Source of the DNA: Eledone cirrhosa
Taxonomy: Eukaryota
DNA length: 64,000 nucleotides
Direction of reading: 5' to 3'
Assembly (NCBI GenBank): GCA_964016885.1
Contig: OZ024741.1
Coordinates: 149,048,001 to 149,112,000, forward strand
Each line of letters starts with the position of its first letter. The stretch's first letter is position 1. The notes beneath the pieces were generated by a model that saw only the letters and a list, made by a program, of their open reading frames with translations, was not told where the DNA came from and searched no databases. Shown here piece after piece: positions 24,201 through 36,069 of this stretch. The position numbers and the translations under genes were made by a program.

Positions 24201-27200
24201 GTTAGGGTTAGGGTTTGGATTAGGGTTAGGTTTGGGTTTGGGGTTGGGATTTGTGTTAGGTTTAGGGTTGGGCTTAGGGTTAGTATTCGGGTTGGGGTTG
24301 GTGTTAGGGTTAGGGTTAGGGTTAGGGTTAGGGTTAATGTTAAGGTTAGGGTTAGGGTTAATGATAGGGTTAGGGTTAGGGTTAATGTTAGGTTAAGGGT
24401 TTGGGTTTGGGATATGGTCAGTGTTAGGGTTAGGCCTAGGGTTGGTGTTGGGGTTAGGGTTAGGGTTAGGGTTATGGTTGGCTTGGGGTTAGGGTTGGGT
24501 TTGGCGGTAGTGTTGGGGTTGGGGTTGGGGTTGGGTTTAGCGTTAGGGTTGGGGTTGGGGTTGGTGTTAGGGTTAGTGTTGGGGTTGTGGTTGGGGTTAG
24601 GGTTAGGGTTGGGGTTACGGTTAGGTTTAGCATTTGGGTTAGGGTTAGGGTTAGGGTTAGGGTTAGGGTTAATGTTAGGGTTAGGGTTATTGTTAGACTT
24701 AGTGTTATGGTTAGGGTTAGAGTTAGCTTTAGTGATAGGGTTAGGGTTAGAGTTAGGATTAGGGTTAGGATTCGGGTTAATATTGGGGTAAGGGTTTTTG
24801 TTTGGATTTGGGATAGGGTTAGGTTTTAGTTTAGTGTTAGGGTTAGGGTTAATTATAGGGTTAGTGGTGGGTTAGAGTTAGGGCTATGTTTAATGTTAAG
24901 GTTAGGGTTAGGGTTAGGGTTATGTTAGGGTTAGTGTTCGGGTTAGAGTTAGGGTTCTAGTTGGGGTTAGGGTTAGGGTTGGGGTTGGGGTTGGGGTTAG
25001 GGTTAGGGTTAGGGTTAGGGTTCGGGTTAGGGTCAGGGTTAGGGTTAGTGTTGGGGTTGGTGTTGGGATTGGGGTTGGTGTTAGAGACGGGGTTAGGGTC
25101 GGGGTTGGGGCTACGGTTAGGGTAGGGGTTAGGGTTAGGGTTAGGGTTAGGGTTAGGGTTAGGGTTCGGGTTAGGGTCAGGGTTAGGGTTAGGGTTGGGG
25201 TTGGGATTGGGGTTGGGGTCAGGGTTAGGGTTAGGATTAGGGTTAGGGTTAAGGTTAGGGTTAGGGTTAGGGTTAGGGTTAGGGTTAGTGTTTGGGGTTA
25301 GGGTTGGGGTTGGGGTTAAAGTTAGGGTTAGGGTTAGGGTTAGGGTTAGGGTTAGGGTTCGGGTTAGGGCCAGGGTTAGGGTTAGTGTTAGGGTTAAGGT
25401 TAGGGTTTGCGGTTAGGGTTGGGTTTGGGGTTAAGATTACGGTTAGGGTTGGGGTTAAAGTTAGGGTGAGGGTTAGGGTTAGTGTTAGGGTTATGGTTGG
25501 GGTTGGGGTTGGGGTTGGGGTTAGGGTTATGGATAGGGTTGGGGTTAGGGTTAGGTTTGGGGTTAGGGTTAGGGTTAGGGTTAGGGTTAGGGTTAGGGTT
25601 AGGGTTAGGGTTAGGTTTATGGATAGGGTTAGGTTTAGGATTAGGGTTAGGATTAGGGTTAGGGTTTAGGTTAGGTTTAGGGTTAGGGTTGGGGTTGGCG
25701 TTAGGGTTAGGGTTTGGATTAGGGTTAGGGTTGGGTTTGGGGTTGGGATTTGTGTTAGGTTTAGGGTTGCGGTTAGGGTTAGTGTTCGGGTTGGGGTTGG
25801 TGTTCGGGTTAGGGTTAGGGTTAGGGTTAGGGTTAATGTTAAGGTTAGGGTTAGGGTTAGGGTTAATGATAGGGTTAGGGTTAATGATAGGGTTAGGGTT
25901 AGTGTTAATGTTAGGTTAAGGGTTTGGGTTTGGGATATGGTCAGTGTTAGGGTTAGGCCTAGGGTTGGTGTTGGGGTTAGGGTTAGGGTTAGGGTTAGGG
26001 TTGGGTTTGGGTTGGGGTTGGGCTGGGGTTGGGTTTGGCGTTAGGGTTGGGGTTAGGGTTGGGGTTGGGTTTAGCGTTAGGGTTGGGGTTGAGGTTGGGG
26101 TTAGGGTTAGTGTTGGGGTTGTGGTTGGGGTTAGGGTTAGGGTTAGGGTTAGGGTTAGGGTTAGGGTTAGGGTTAGGGTTAGGGTTTGGGTTGGCTTTGG
26201 GATTGGGGTTTGGGTCAGGGTTAGGGTTAGGATTAGGGTTAGGGTTAAGGTTAGGGTTAGGGTTAGTGTTAAGGTTAGGGTTAGGGTTAATGATACGGTT
26301 AGGGTTAGGGTTAATGTTAGGTTAAGGGTTTGGGTTTGGGATATGGTTAGGGTTAGGGTTAATGTTAGGTTAAGGGTTTGGGTTTGGGATATGGTCAGTG
26401 TTAGGGTTAGGCCTAGGGTTGGTGTTGGGGTTAGGGTTAGGGTTAGGGTTATGGTTGGCTTGGGGTTAGGGTTGGGTTTGGCGGTAGTGTTGGGGTTGGG
26501 GTTGGGGTTGGGTTTAGCGTTAGGGTTGGGGTTGGGGTTGGTGTTAGGGTTAGTGTTGGGGTTGTGGTTGGGGTTAGGGTTAGGGTTGGGGTTACGGTTA
26601 GGTTTAGCGTTTGGGTTAGGGTTAGGGTTAGGGTTAGGGTTAGGGTTAATGTTAGGGTTAGGGTTATTGTTAGACTTAGTGTTATGGTTAGGGTTAGGGT
26701 TAGGGTTAGGGTTAATGTTAGGTTAAGGGTTTGGGTTTGGGATATGGTTAGGGTTAGGGTTAATGTTAGGTTAAGGGTTTGGGTTTGGGATATGGTCAGT
26801 GTTAGGGTTAGGCCTAGGGTTGGTGTTGGGGTTAGGGTTAGGGTTAGGGTTATGGTTGGCTTGGGGTTAGGGTTGGGTTTGGCGGTAGTGTTGGGGTTGG
26901 GGTTGGGGTTGGGTTTAGCGTTAGGGTTGGGGTTGGGGTTGGTGTTAGGGTTAGTGTTGGGGTTGTGGTTGGGGTTAGGGTTAGGGTTGGGGTTACGGTT
27001 AGGTTTAGCGTTTGGGTTAGGGTTAGGGTTAGGGTTAGGGTTAGGGTTAATGTTAGGGTTAGGGTTATTGTTAGACTTAGTGTTATGGTTAGGGTTAGAG
27101 TTAGCTTTAGTGATAGGGTTAGGGTTAGAGTTAGGATTAGGGTTAGGATTCAGGTTAATATTGGGGTAAGGGTTTTTGTTTGGATTTGGGATAGGGTTAG

Positions 27201-30200
27201 GTTTTAGTTTAGTGTTAGGGTTAGGGTTAATTTTAGGGTTAGTGGTGGGTTAGAGTTAGGGCTATGTTTAATGTTAAGGTTAGGGTTAGGGTTAGGGTTA
27301 TGTTAGGGTTAGTGTTCGGGTTAGAGTTAGGGTTCTAGTTGGGGTTAGGGTTAGGGTTGGGGTTGGGGTTGGGGTTAGGGTTAGGGTTAGGGTTAGGGTT
27401 CGGGTTAGGGTCAGGGTTAGGGTTAGTGTTGGGGTTGGGGTTGGGATTGGGGTTGGTGTTAGAGTTGGGGTTAGGGTCGGGGTTGGGGATACGGTTAGGG
27501 TAGGGGTTAGGGTTAGGGTTAGGGTTAGGGTTAGGGTTAGGGTTAGGGTTCGGGTTAGGGTCAGGGTTAGGGTTAGGGTTGGGGTTGGGATTGGGGTTGG
27601 GGTCAGGGTTAGGGTTAGGATTAGGGTTAGGGTTAAGGTTAGGGTTAGGGTTAGGGTTAGGGTTAGGGTTAGTGTTTGGGGTTAGGGTTGGGGTTGGGGT
27701 TAAAGTTAGGGTTAGGGTTAGGGTTAGGGTTAGGGTTAGGGTCGGGTTAGGGCCAGGGTTAGGGTTAGGGTTAGGGTTAAGGTTAGGGTTTGCGGTTAGC
27801 GTTGGGTTTGGGGTTAAGATTACGGTTAGGGTTGGGGTTAAAGTTAGGGTGAGGGTTAGGGTTAGTGTTAGGGTTATGGTTGGGGTTGGGGTTGGGGTTG
27901 GGGTTAGGGTTATGGATAGGGTTGGGGTTAGGGTTAGGTTTGGGGTTAGGGTTAGGGTTAGGGTTAGGGTTAGGGTTAGGGTTAGGGTTAGGGTTAGGTT
28001 TATGGATAGGGTTAGGTTTAGGATTAGGGTTAGGATTAGGGTTAGGGTTTAGGTTAGGTTTAGGGTTAGGGTTGGGGTTGGCGTTAGGGTTAGGGTTTGG
28101 ATTAGGGTTAGGGTTGGGTTTGGGGTTGGGATTTGTGTTAGGTTTAGGGTTGGGGTTAGGGTTAGTGTTCGGGTTGGGGTTGGTGTTAGGGTTAGGGTTA
28201 GGGTTAGAGTTAGGGTTAATGTTAAGGTTAGGTTTAGGGTTAGGGTTAATGATAGGGTTAGGGTTAGGGTTAATGTTAGGTTAAGGGTTTGGGTTTGGGA
28301 TATGGTCAGTGTTAGGGTTAGGCCTAGGGTTGGTGTCGGGGTTAGGGTTAGGGTTAGTGTTAGGGTTGGGTTGGGTTGGGGTTGGCGTTGTTTTTAACGT
28401 TAGGGTTGGGATTGGGGTTGGGGTTAGTGTTAGTGTCGGGGTTGGGTTGGGGTTAGGGTCAGGGTTGGGGTTACGGTTAGGTTTAGCGTTTGGGTTAGGG
28501 TTAGGGTTAGGGTTAATGTTAGGGTTAGGATTAGTGTTAGACTTAGTGTTATGGTTAGGGTTAGAGTTAGCTTTAGAGATAGGGTCAGGGTTAGAGTTAG
28601 GATTAGGGTTAGGATTCGGGTTAATATTGGGGTAAGGGTTTTTGTTTGGGTTTGGGATAGGGTTAGGGTTTAGTTTAGTGTTAGGGTTAGGGTTAATTTT
28701 AGGGTTAGTGGTGGGTTAGAGTTAGGGCTATGTTTAATGTTAAGGTTAGGGTTAGGGTTAGGGTTATGTTAGGGTTAGTGTTCGGGTTAGAGTTAGGGTT
28801 CTAGTTGGGGTTAAGGTTAGGGTTGGGGTTGGGGTTGGGGTTAGGGTTAGGGTTAGGGTTAGGGTTAGGGTTCGGGTTAGGGTCAGGGTTAGGGTTAGTG
28901 TTGGGGTTGGGGTTGGGATTGGGGTTGGGGTTAGAGTTGGGGTTAGGGTTGGGGTTGGGGCTACGGTTAGGGTCCGGGTTAGGGTTAGGGTTAGGGTTAG
29001 GGTTAGGATTAGGGTTAGGTTTCGGGTTAGGGTTAGGGTTAGGGTTAGGGTTAGGGTTAGGGTTAGGGTTGGGGTTGGGATTGGGGTTGGGGTCAGGGTT
29101 AGGGTTAGGATTAGGGTTAGGGTTAGGGTTAGGGTTAGGGTTAGTGTTTGGGGTTAGGGTTGGGGTTGGGGTTAAAGTTAGGGTTAGGGTTAGGGTTAGG
29201 GTTGGGGTTAGGGTTAGGTTTGGGGTTAGGGTTATGGTTAGGGTTAGCGTTAGGGTTGGGGTTGGTGTTGGGGTTGGGGTTAGGTTTAGGGTTGGGGTTG
29301 GGGTTAGGTTTAGGGTTGGGGTTGGGGTTGTGGTTAGGGTAAGATTTGGAGTTGGCGTTAGGGTTAGGGTTGGGGTTACGGTTAGGTTTAGCGTTTGGTT
29401 TAGGGTTAGGGTTGAGGTTAGGGTTGGGATTAGGGTTAGGGTTAAGGTTGGGGTTTGGGTTAGATTTAGGGTTAGTTTTTGAGTTAGTGTTAGGGCTAGG
29501 GTCTGTGTTAGGGTTAGGGTTAGGGTTAGGTTTAGTTTTAGGATTGGGGTTTGGGTTAGGGTTAGGGTTAGGCTAAGGGTTAGGCTTAGGGTTAGGGTTA
29601 GGCTTATGCTTAGGGTTAGTGTTAGGGTTAGGGTTAGGGTTAGTTTGGGGTTGGGGTTAGTGTTGGGGTTGGGGCTAGGTTTGGGATTAGGGTTAGGTTT
29701 GGGTTTAGGGTTAGGGTTAGGGTTAGGGTTAGGGTTAGGGTTGGGGTTGGTATTGGGGTTGGGGTTAGGTTAGGTGTTGGGGTTGTGGTTAGGGTAAGAT
29801 TTGGGGTTGGCGTTAGGGTTGGGGTTACGGTTAGGTTTAGCGTTTGGGTTAGGGTTAGGGTTGAGGTTAGGGTTGGGATTAGGGTTAGGGTTAAGGTTGG
29901 GGTTATGGTTAGATTTAGGGTTAGTTTTGGAGTTAGGGTTAGGGCTAGGGTTGGTGTTAGGGTTAGGGTTAGGGTTAGGGTTAGGTTTAGTTTTAGGATT
30001 GGGGTTAGGTTTAGGGTTAATGTTAGGCTAAGGGTTAGGCTTAGGGTTAGGGTTAGGCTTAGGCTTAGGCTTAGGGTTAGTGTTAGGGTTAGGGTTAGTT
30101 TGGGCTTGTGGTTAGGGTTATGGTTAGGGTAGGGGTTAGCGTTAGGATTAGTGTTAGGGTTAGGGTTAGGGTTAGGGTTAGGTTTATGGATAGGGTTAGG

Positions 30201-33200
30201 TTTAGGATTAGGGTTAGGGTTATGGTTAGGTTTAGGGTTCGGGTTAGGGTTAGGGTTTAGGTTAGGCTTAGGGTCAGGGTTGGGGTTGGCGTTAGGGTTA
30301 CGGTTTGGATTAGGGTTAGGGTTGGGTTTGGGGTTGGGATTTGTGTTAGGTTTAGGGTTGGGGTTGGGGTTGGGGTTAGGGTTAGTGTTCGGGTTGGGGT
30401 TGGTTTTAGCGTTAGGGTTGGGGTTACGGTTAGGTTTAGCGTTTGGTTTAGGGTTTGGGTTAGGTTTAGGGTTAGGGTTAATGTTAGGGTTAGGGTTAGT
30501 GTTCGACTTAATCTTATTGTTAGGGTTAGGGTTAGCTTTAGTGATAGGGTTAGGGTTAGGGTTGGGATTACGGATAGATTTAGCGTTTGGGTTATGTTAG
30601 GGTTAGGGTTATGTTAGGGTTAGGGTTAGGGTTAGGGTTCGGGTTAGGGTCAGGCTTAGGGTTAGGTTTAGGGTTAGGGTTAGGGTTGGGGTTAGTGTTG
30701 GGGTTAGGGTTAGGTTTAGTGTTAGGATTGGTGTTAGGGTTATGGTTAGGTTTAGGGTTAGGGTTAGGGTTAGGGTTGGGGTTAGTGTTAGAGTTGGGGT
30801 TAGGTTTAGGGTTAGCGTTAGGGTTACGGTTGGGATTAGGGTTAGGGTTAGGGTTAAGGTTAGGGTGAGGGTTGGGGTTGGGGTTAGCGTTAGGGTTAGA
30901 TTTAGGGTTAGGTCTGGGGTTGGTGTTAGGTTTGTGTTTGGTGGTAGGGTTATAGTCAGGGTTAGGTTTAGGGTTAGGGTTAGGGTTAGGTTTAGGGTTA
31001 GGGTTAGGTTTAGGGTGAGGGTGAGGGTTAGTGTTAGGGTTGGGATTGGTGTTGGGGTTGAGGTTGGGGTTGGCGTTGGGGTTGGTGTTAGGGTTAGTGT
31101 TAGGCTTAGTGTTAGGGTTAGGATTAGGGTTAGGGTTAGGCTTAGGTTTAGGGTTAGGGTTAGGGTTAGGGTTAAGTTTAAGGTTAGGGTTATGGTTAGG
31201 GTTAAGTTTAGGTTTAGGGTTAGGGTTCGGGTTAGGGTTAGGGTTAGGGTTAGGGTTATGGTTGGGGTCGGGGTTGGGGTGGGGTTAGGGTTAGGGTTGG
31301 GGTTGGGTTAGGTTTGGGGATAGGGTTAGGGTTAGGGTTAGGGTTAGGGTTGGGGTTGGGGTTGGGGGTAGGTTTAGGGTTGGGGATGGGGTTGTGGTAA
31401 GATTTGGGGTTGGCGTTAGGGTTAGGGTTGGGGTTACGGTTAGGTTTAGCGTTTGGGTTAGGGTTAGGGTTGAAGTTAGGGTTGGGATTAGGGTTAGGGT
31501 TAGGGTTAGGGTTAGGGTTAGGGTTAGTTTTGGGGTTAGGGTTAGGGTTAGGGTTGCAGTTAGGGTTAGGGTTAGGGTTAGGTTTAGTGTTAGGATTGGG
31601 GTTAGGGTTAGGGTTAGGGTTAGGGTTAGGGTTGGGGTTATGGTTAGGGTTGGGGTTAGGGTTAGGGTTAGGGTTAGGGTTAGGGTTGGGGTTGGTGTTA
31701 GGGTTAGGGTTAGGGTTAGGGTTGGGGTTGGTTTTAGGGCTAGGGTTAGGTTTAGGCTAAGGGTTAGGCTTAGGGTTAGGGTTAGGCTTAGGCTTAGGCT
31801 TAGGGTTAGTGTTAGGGTTAGGGTTAGAGTTAGGTTGGGGTTGGGGTTAGTGTTGGGGTTGGGGTTAGGGTTAGGGTTGGAGTTAGCGTTAGGGTTAGGT
31901 TTAGGGTTAGGGTTAGGGTTAGGGTTAGGTTTATGGTTAGGGTTAGTGTTAGGATTATGGTTAGGGTTAGGGTTCGGGTTAGGGTTCGGGTTAGGGTTAG
32001 GGTTAGGGTTAGGGTTGGGGTTGGGGTTCGGGTTAGGTTTAGGGTTGGGGTTGGGGTTGTGGTTAGGGTAAGATTTGTGGTTTGCGTTAGGGTTAGGTTT
32101 GGGGTTACGGTTAGGTTTAACCTTTGGGTTACGGTTAGGGTTGAGGTTAGGGTTGGGATTAGGGTTAGGGTTAAGGTTGGTGTTAGGGTTAGGGATAGGG
32201 TTAGTTTTTGAGTTAGGGTTAGTGCTAGGGTTGGTGTTAGGGTTAGGGTTAGGTTTAGTATTAGGATTGCGGTTAGTGTTAGGGTTAGAGTTAGGGTTAG
32301 GGTTGGGGTTATGGTTAGGGTTGGGGTTAGGGTTAAGGTTAGGGTTGAGGTTAGGGTTAGTGTTAGGTTTAGGCTTGGGGTTGGTGTTAGGTTTAGGCTA
32401 AGGGTTAGGCTTAGGGTTAGGCTTAGACTTAGGATTAGTGTTAGTGTTAGGGTTCGGGTTAGGGTTAGGTTAGGGTTTGGGTTAGTGTTGGCGTTGGGGC
32501 TAGTGTTAGGGTTGGGATTAGCGTTAGGGTTAGGGTCAGGGTTAGGGTTAGGCTTAGGTTTATGGTTAGGGTTAGGGTTAGGATTAGGGTTAAGGTTAGG
32601 GTTAGGGTTAGGGTTGGGGTTAGGGTTGGGGTTAGGGTTAGGGTTAGGGTTGGCTTTGGGGTTAGGATTAGGGTTAGGGTTAGGGTTGGGGTTAGGATTA
32701 GGGTTGGGGTTGGGGTTGGGGTTAGGGTGAGTGTTAGGGTTAGGGTTGGGGTTTGGGTTGGGGTTAGTGTTTGGATTAGATTTGAGATTAGGGTTAGGTT
32801 TAGGGTCAGGGTTAGGGTTAGTGTTAGGGTTATTTTAGGGTTATGGTTAGGGTTAGTGTTAGGGTTAGGGTTAGGGTTAGGGTTAGGTTTGGGGTTAGGG
32901 TTAGGATTAGGGTTGAGGTTAGGGTTAGGGTTAGGGTTAGGGTTAGGTTTGGGGTTAGGGTTAGGGTTAGGGTTACGGTTAGGATTAGGGTTAGGGTTGG
33001 GTTAGGGTTGGTGTTAGGGTTAGGGTTGGCGTTAGGGTTAGGGTTAGGATTAGGGTTGGGGTTAGTTTTGGGTTTGGGGTTAGGTTTGGGGTTAGGTTTA
33101 GGGTTGGGGTTGGGGTTAGGGTTGGCGTTAGGGTTAGGGTTAGGGTTGGGGTTAGTTTTGGGTTTGGGGTTAGGTTTGGGGTTAGGATTAGGGTTGGAGT

Positions 33201-34029
33201 TGGGGTTGAGGTTGGGGTTAGGGTGAGTGTTAGGGTTAGGGTTGGAGTTAGGGTTTGGATTAGATTTGGGATTAGTGTTAGGTTTATGGTTAGGGTTAGG
33301 GTTAGGGTTACTTTATGGTTATGGTTAGGGTTAGTTTTAAGGTTAGGGTTTGGTTTAGGGTCCCGGTTGGTGTTAGGGTTAGGGTTAGGGTTAGGGTTTG
33401 AGTTTGCGTAGGTTTAGGGTTTGGGTTAGGGTTTGTGTTTGAGTCAGGGCTAGGGTTTTCGTTTAGGGTTAGTGTTTGGGTAAGGGTTAGGGTTTGGGTT
33501 TGGGTTTGGGTTAGAGTTAGGGTTATGTTTAGGGTCAAGGTTAGGGTTAGGTTTAATGTTAGTGTTAAGGTTAGAGTTAATGTTATGTTTAGTGTTATGG
33601 TTAGTGTTAGCGTTAGGGTTACAGTTAGTGTTATGTTAAGAGTTAGGTTTAAAATTAGTGTTCGGGTTAGGGTTAGGATTAGGTTTAATGTTAGGCTTAG
33701 TGTTAGCGTAATGTTATGGTTAGGGATAGGGTTACAGTTAGGGTTACATTTAGGCTTAGATTCAAGGATATGGTTATGCTTAATGTTCGTGTTACTGTTA
33801 GGGTTAGTGTTAGAGTTAGAGTTAGAGTTAGGTTTAGTTTTAGGGTTAGGGTTAGTTTTAGGGTTACGGTTAATGTTATGGTCAGGGTTTGGGTTAATGT
33901 TAGGGTTAATGCTAGGGTAAGCGTTAGGTTTAGGTTTAGGGTTAATGTTAGGCTAATGGTTAGTGTTAATGTCAGGTTTAGGGTTAAGGTTAGGGTTAGG
34001 GTTAGCGCTGGGGTTAATGTTAGGGTTAG
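2948..34029 (+). repeat. Interstitial telomere-like array, (TTAGGG)n with variant hexamers (TTGGGG, TTTGGG, TTAATG, TTAGTG, TTAGGT, TTAGGA, TTCGGG)
   Basis: About 31 kb of G-rich hexamers, all on the + strand; no CCCTAA block; most degenerate at the distal end. Confidence 0.98.
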
Positions 34030-34033
34030 TCTT

Positions 34034-34328
34034 ATCATCATCATCATTTGATTTTACATCCGCTTTTCCCTGCTTGCAAGGGTGGGACGGGAACTGATTC
34101 TGGCTTGATTTCTACAGCTTGATGCCCTTCCTAACACCAAACTCATTTACAGTGAGTGCTGGGTGCTTTTTTGCACCCAGCACTGTCATCTCATTTCTAC
34201 AGCTGAGTAAACTGGAGCAATGTGAAATAAAGTGTCTTGCTCAAATAACAACACATCATCCGGTCTGAGAATTGAACTCACAACCTTTCGATTGCAAGCC
34301 CAATGCTCTAACCACTAAGCTATGTGCC
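34034..34328 (-). mobile_element. Full-length tRNA-derived SINE with RTE-type (GAT)n tail
   Basis: Minus-strand head GGCACATAGCTTAGTGGTTAGAGC...GAGTTCAATTC (A/B boxes), body TTGAGCAAGACACTTTATTTCAC, tail ...GAAAAGCGGATGTAAAATCAAATGATGATGATGAT. The tail resembles the RTE 3' end at ~37645-37700. Confidence 0.88.
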
Positions 34329-34400
34329 TATTTATGTATTTCTTCAGTTTTCTCTCCATATATACTTATCCTTTTACTCTTCTGTTACCTAAAATTAACG

Positions 34401-35712
34401 ACCCTAGACTATTATTCTCCGTACCCTTATATCTGTTTATCTTTAATCACTCCCCATACCCACTCAGGAATCACACTACATATAACCCGGGTACTTGGGG
34501 ACTAAATATAGTATTCTTACTCATTTCATCAGATTTTGCCACTTTTAATCTTCACATCACGAGTGTGAATTACTAATAACCGTTTGGTACACGCGATGAT
34601 CCGACTGATATGGCGGCTTTCCCGATCGCACGCCAGGCGCTCGAGTCGATCGGCCTTCCTAGAGTGCTTGGAAAAATAAATTTCCCCTTCTTTCGGCAAA
34701 CGAAAATACTCGGAACGGCTGTTACGTCCTTGGGCCCTGTGCGGGCTTGGAATCCGCCGTGCCACCGGTTATTGACCGACAAACACTACTTTTAAATTCT
34801 AGGCTTAATCATAACTTTAAAATTTATCATACCTCCTACTAGCCCTTTAACTAAATCCCCCACCAGTGTGAATAACTAAGAATCGTTTGGTATACACGAT
34901 GATCAGCTGACGATGGCGGGCTTCCCGCTAGCACCCCCTGCGCTTGAGGCAGTTAATATTCCTGGAGTGCTCGGAAAAATAAATTTCCCTTTCTTTCCGT
35001 AGACGAAAATACTCGGAACGGTTGACACGCCATTGGGCAACGTCGCTGGTTACTGACCGCTAAACATGGGCTTAGTCTTAACTTTATATTCTACCCTGAA
35101 ACTTTATCGTGACTATCAATAATACACTTAACCTTTTCATAAACGCCTCCTTCTGTAAATTCTTTAATTAAATCTCCCAAATTTGAACCTAAATCTTACT
35201 TTTCTAATCTCATCTTAAATGCACATCTTTTAATTCTAAACACAAATTTTACATTTCTAATCGTTAATCGTAATTTCTGACCCTACAATGAAAAATATAC
35301 TGTACAGGCGTCCATTATATATAGCTTTGTTAAAGATATATGTTTTTTGAAAAAATATACTTCTTAGTACTTTTATCACTTCTGACCAACTTCAATGTAA
35401 CCTGATCCCACTGCTAGCCTCTGTCCATGACGGAGTGGTAGTAGTACACTATAAGCTTACGTCTCTTCACCAGAAAGACATAAGAAGAATTGGTAGTCGT
35501 CATTTGAAGGTGGCCGACCGAACTAAAAACGGCTAAATGTGTGGCCGCCTTTTTGTCTCTGCCTTTTCAACTCCATGGATTATATTCCTTTCTTAAATTT
35601 CGAATACCTGACGATGTCACCGGATTCATACTGAACCCGGTCATTGAAATGTTCATAGTATAATAAACCTTTAAGGAATTACACCAGACCAGCCTCCTGT
35701 TATTTTATAATA
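34401..35712 (+). repeat. Right arm of ~1.3-kb inverted repeat
   Basis: Reverse complement of 1437-2953 without the SINE. Contains modules 34562-34780 and 34865-35060 and the HHR at 35604. Preceded by ~70 bp of non-telomeric sequence (34329-34400) that the left arm lacks. Confidence 0.95.
35604..35661 (+). ncRNA. Type I hammerhead ribozyme motif (right arm)
   Basis: Stem I ATAC/GTAT; core CTGACGA 35608-35614; stem II with ACCGG/CCGGT and TTCA/TGAA; GAAA 35646-35649; near-palindromic stem III ATGTTCAT; predicted cleavage after AUA. Confidence 0.75.
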
Positions 35713-35851
35713 ATTAACTCCGTACTCGCACCACCAACAACACAAACGAAGACGGGTGAGTTGCATTACGTCGAGTGCTCTTCCTAATATTACATCGAGG
35801 TTGACCATACGGCATGACCAGTTCTATCCAGTGGTGAACCAACAAACCTAA

Positions 35852-35893
<42 letters not shown>

Positions 35894-36069
35894 GTATGTA
35901 TATATATATATATGTGTATGTATAATACAGAAGACATGCCTTCCCACGTGCACAGGTTGAAGCATACATCTAGTATGCACCACTTTACCTTTATTCTCCC
36001 CTCCCCTTCCATACACCTCCCACGTCATAATGTTAAATGTTGATGGTGATGATTAGATATGTATCAATT

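Noticed and set aside
2948-34029. Head-to-head telomere fusion site or functional chromosome end
   Set aside because: Only one polarity is present, there is no long pure distal tract, and ordinary DNA continues for 30 kb.
2849-34051. Many ORFs encoding (VR)n, (GL)n and (LT)n peptides
   Set aside because: Automatic result of translating TTAGGG repeats. Telomeric VR/GL dipeptide products are reported in mammals, but nothing here supports expression.
34329-35060. Telomerase RNA, SECIS or snRNA gene in the arm
   Set aside because: No CTAACCCTAA template, no paired P6.1, no SECIS apical AA geometry and no recognisable snRNA match by eye.
1437-35712. Giant DNA transposon with long TIRs
   Set aside because: No transposase inside, no TSD beyond an uninformative TA at a (TA)n edge, and the HHRs point to a retroelement origin. 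Not formally excluded.
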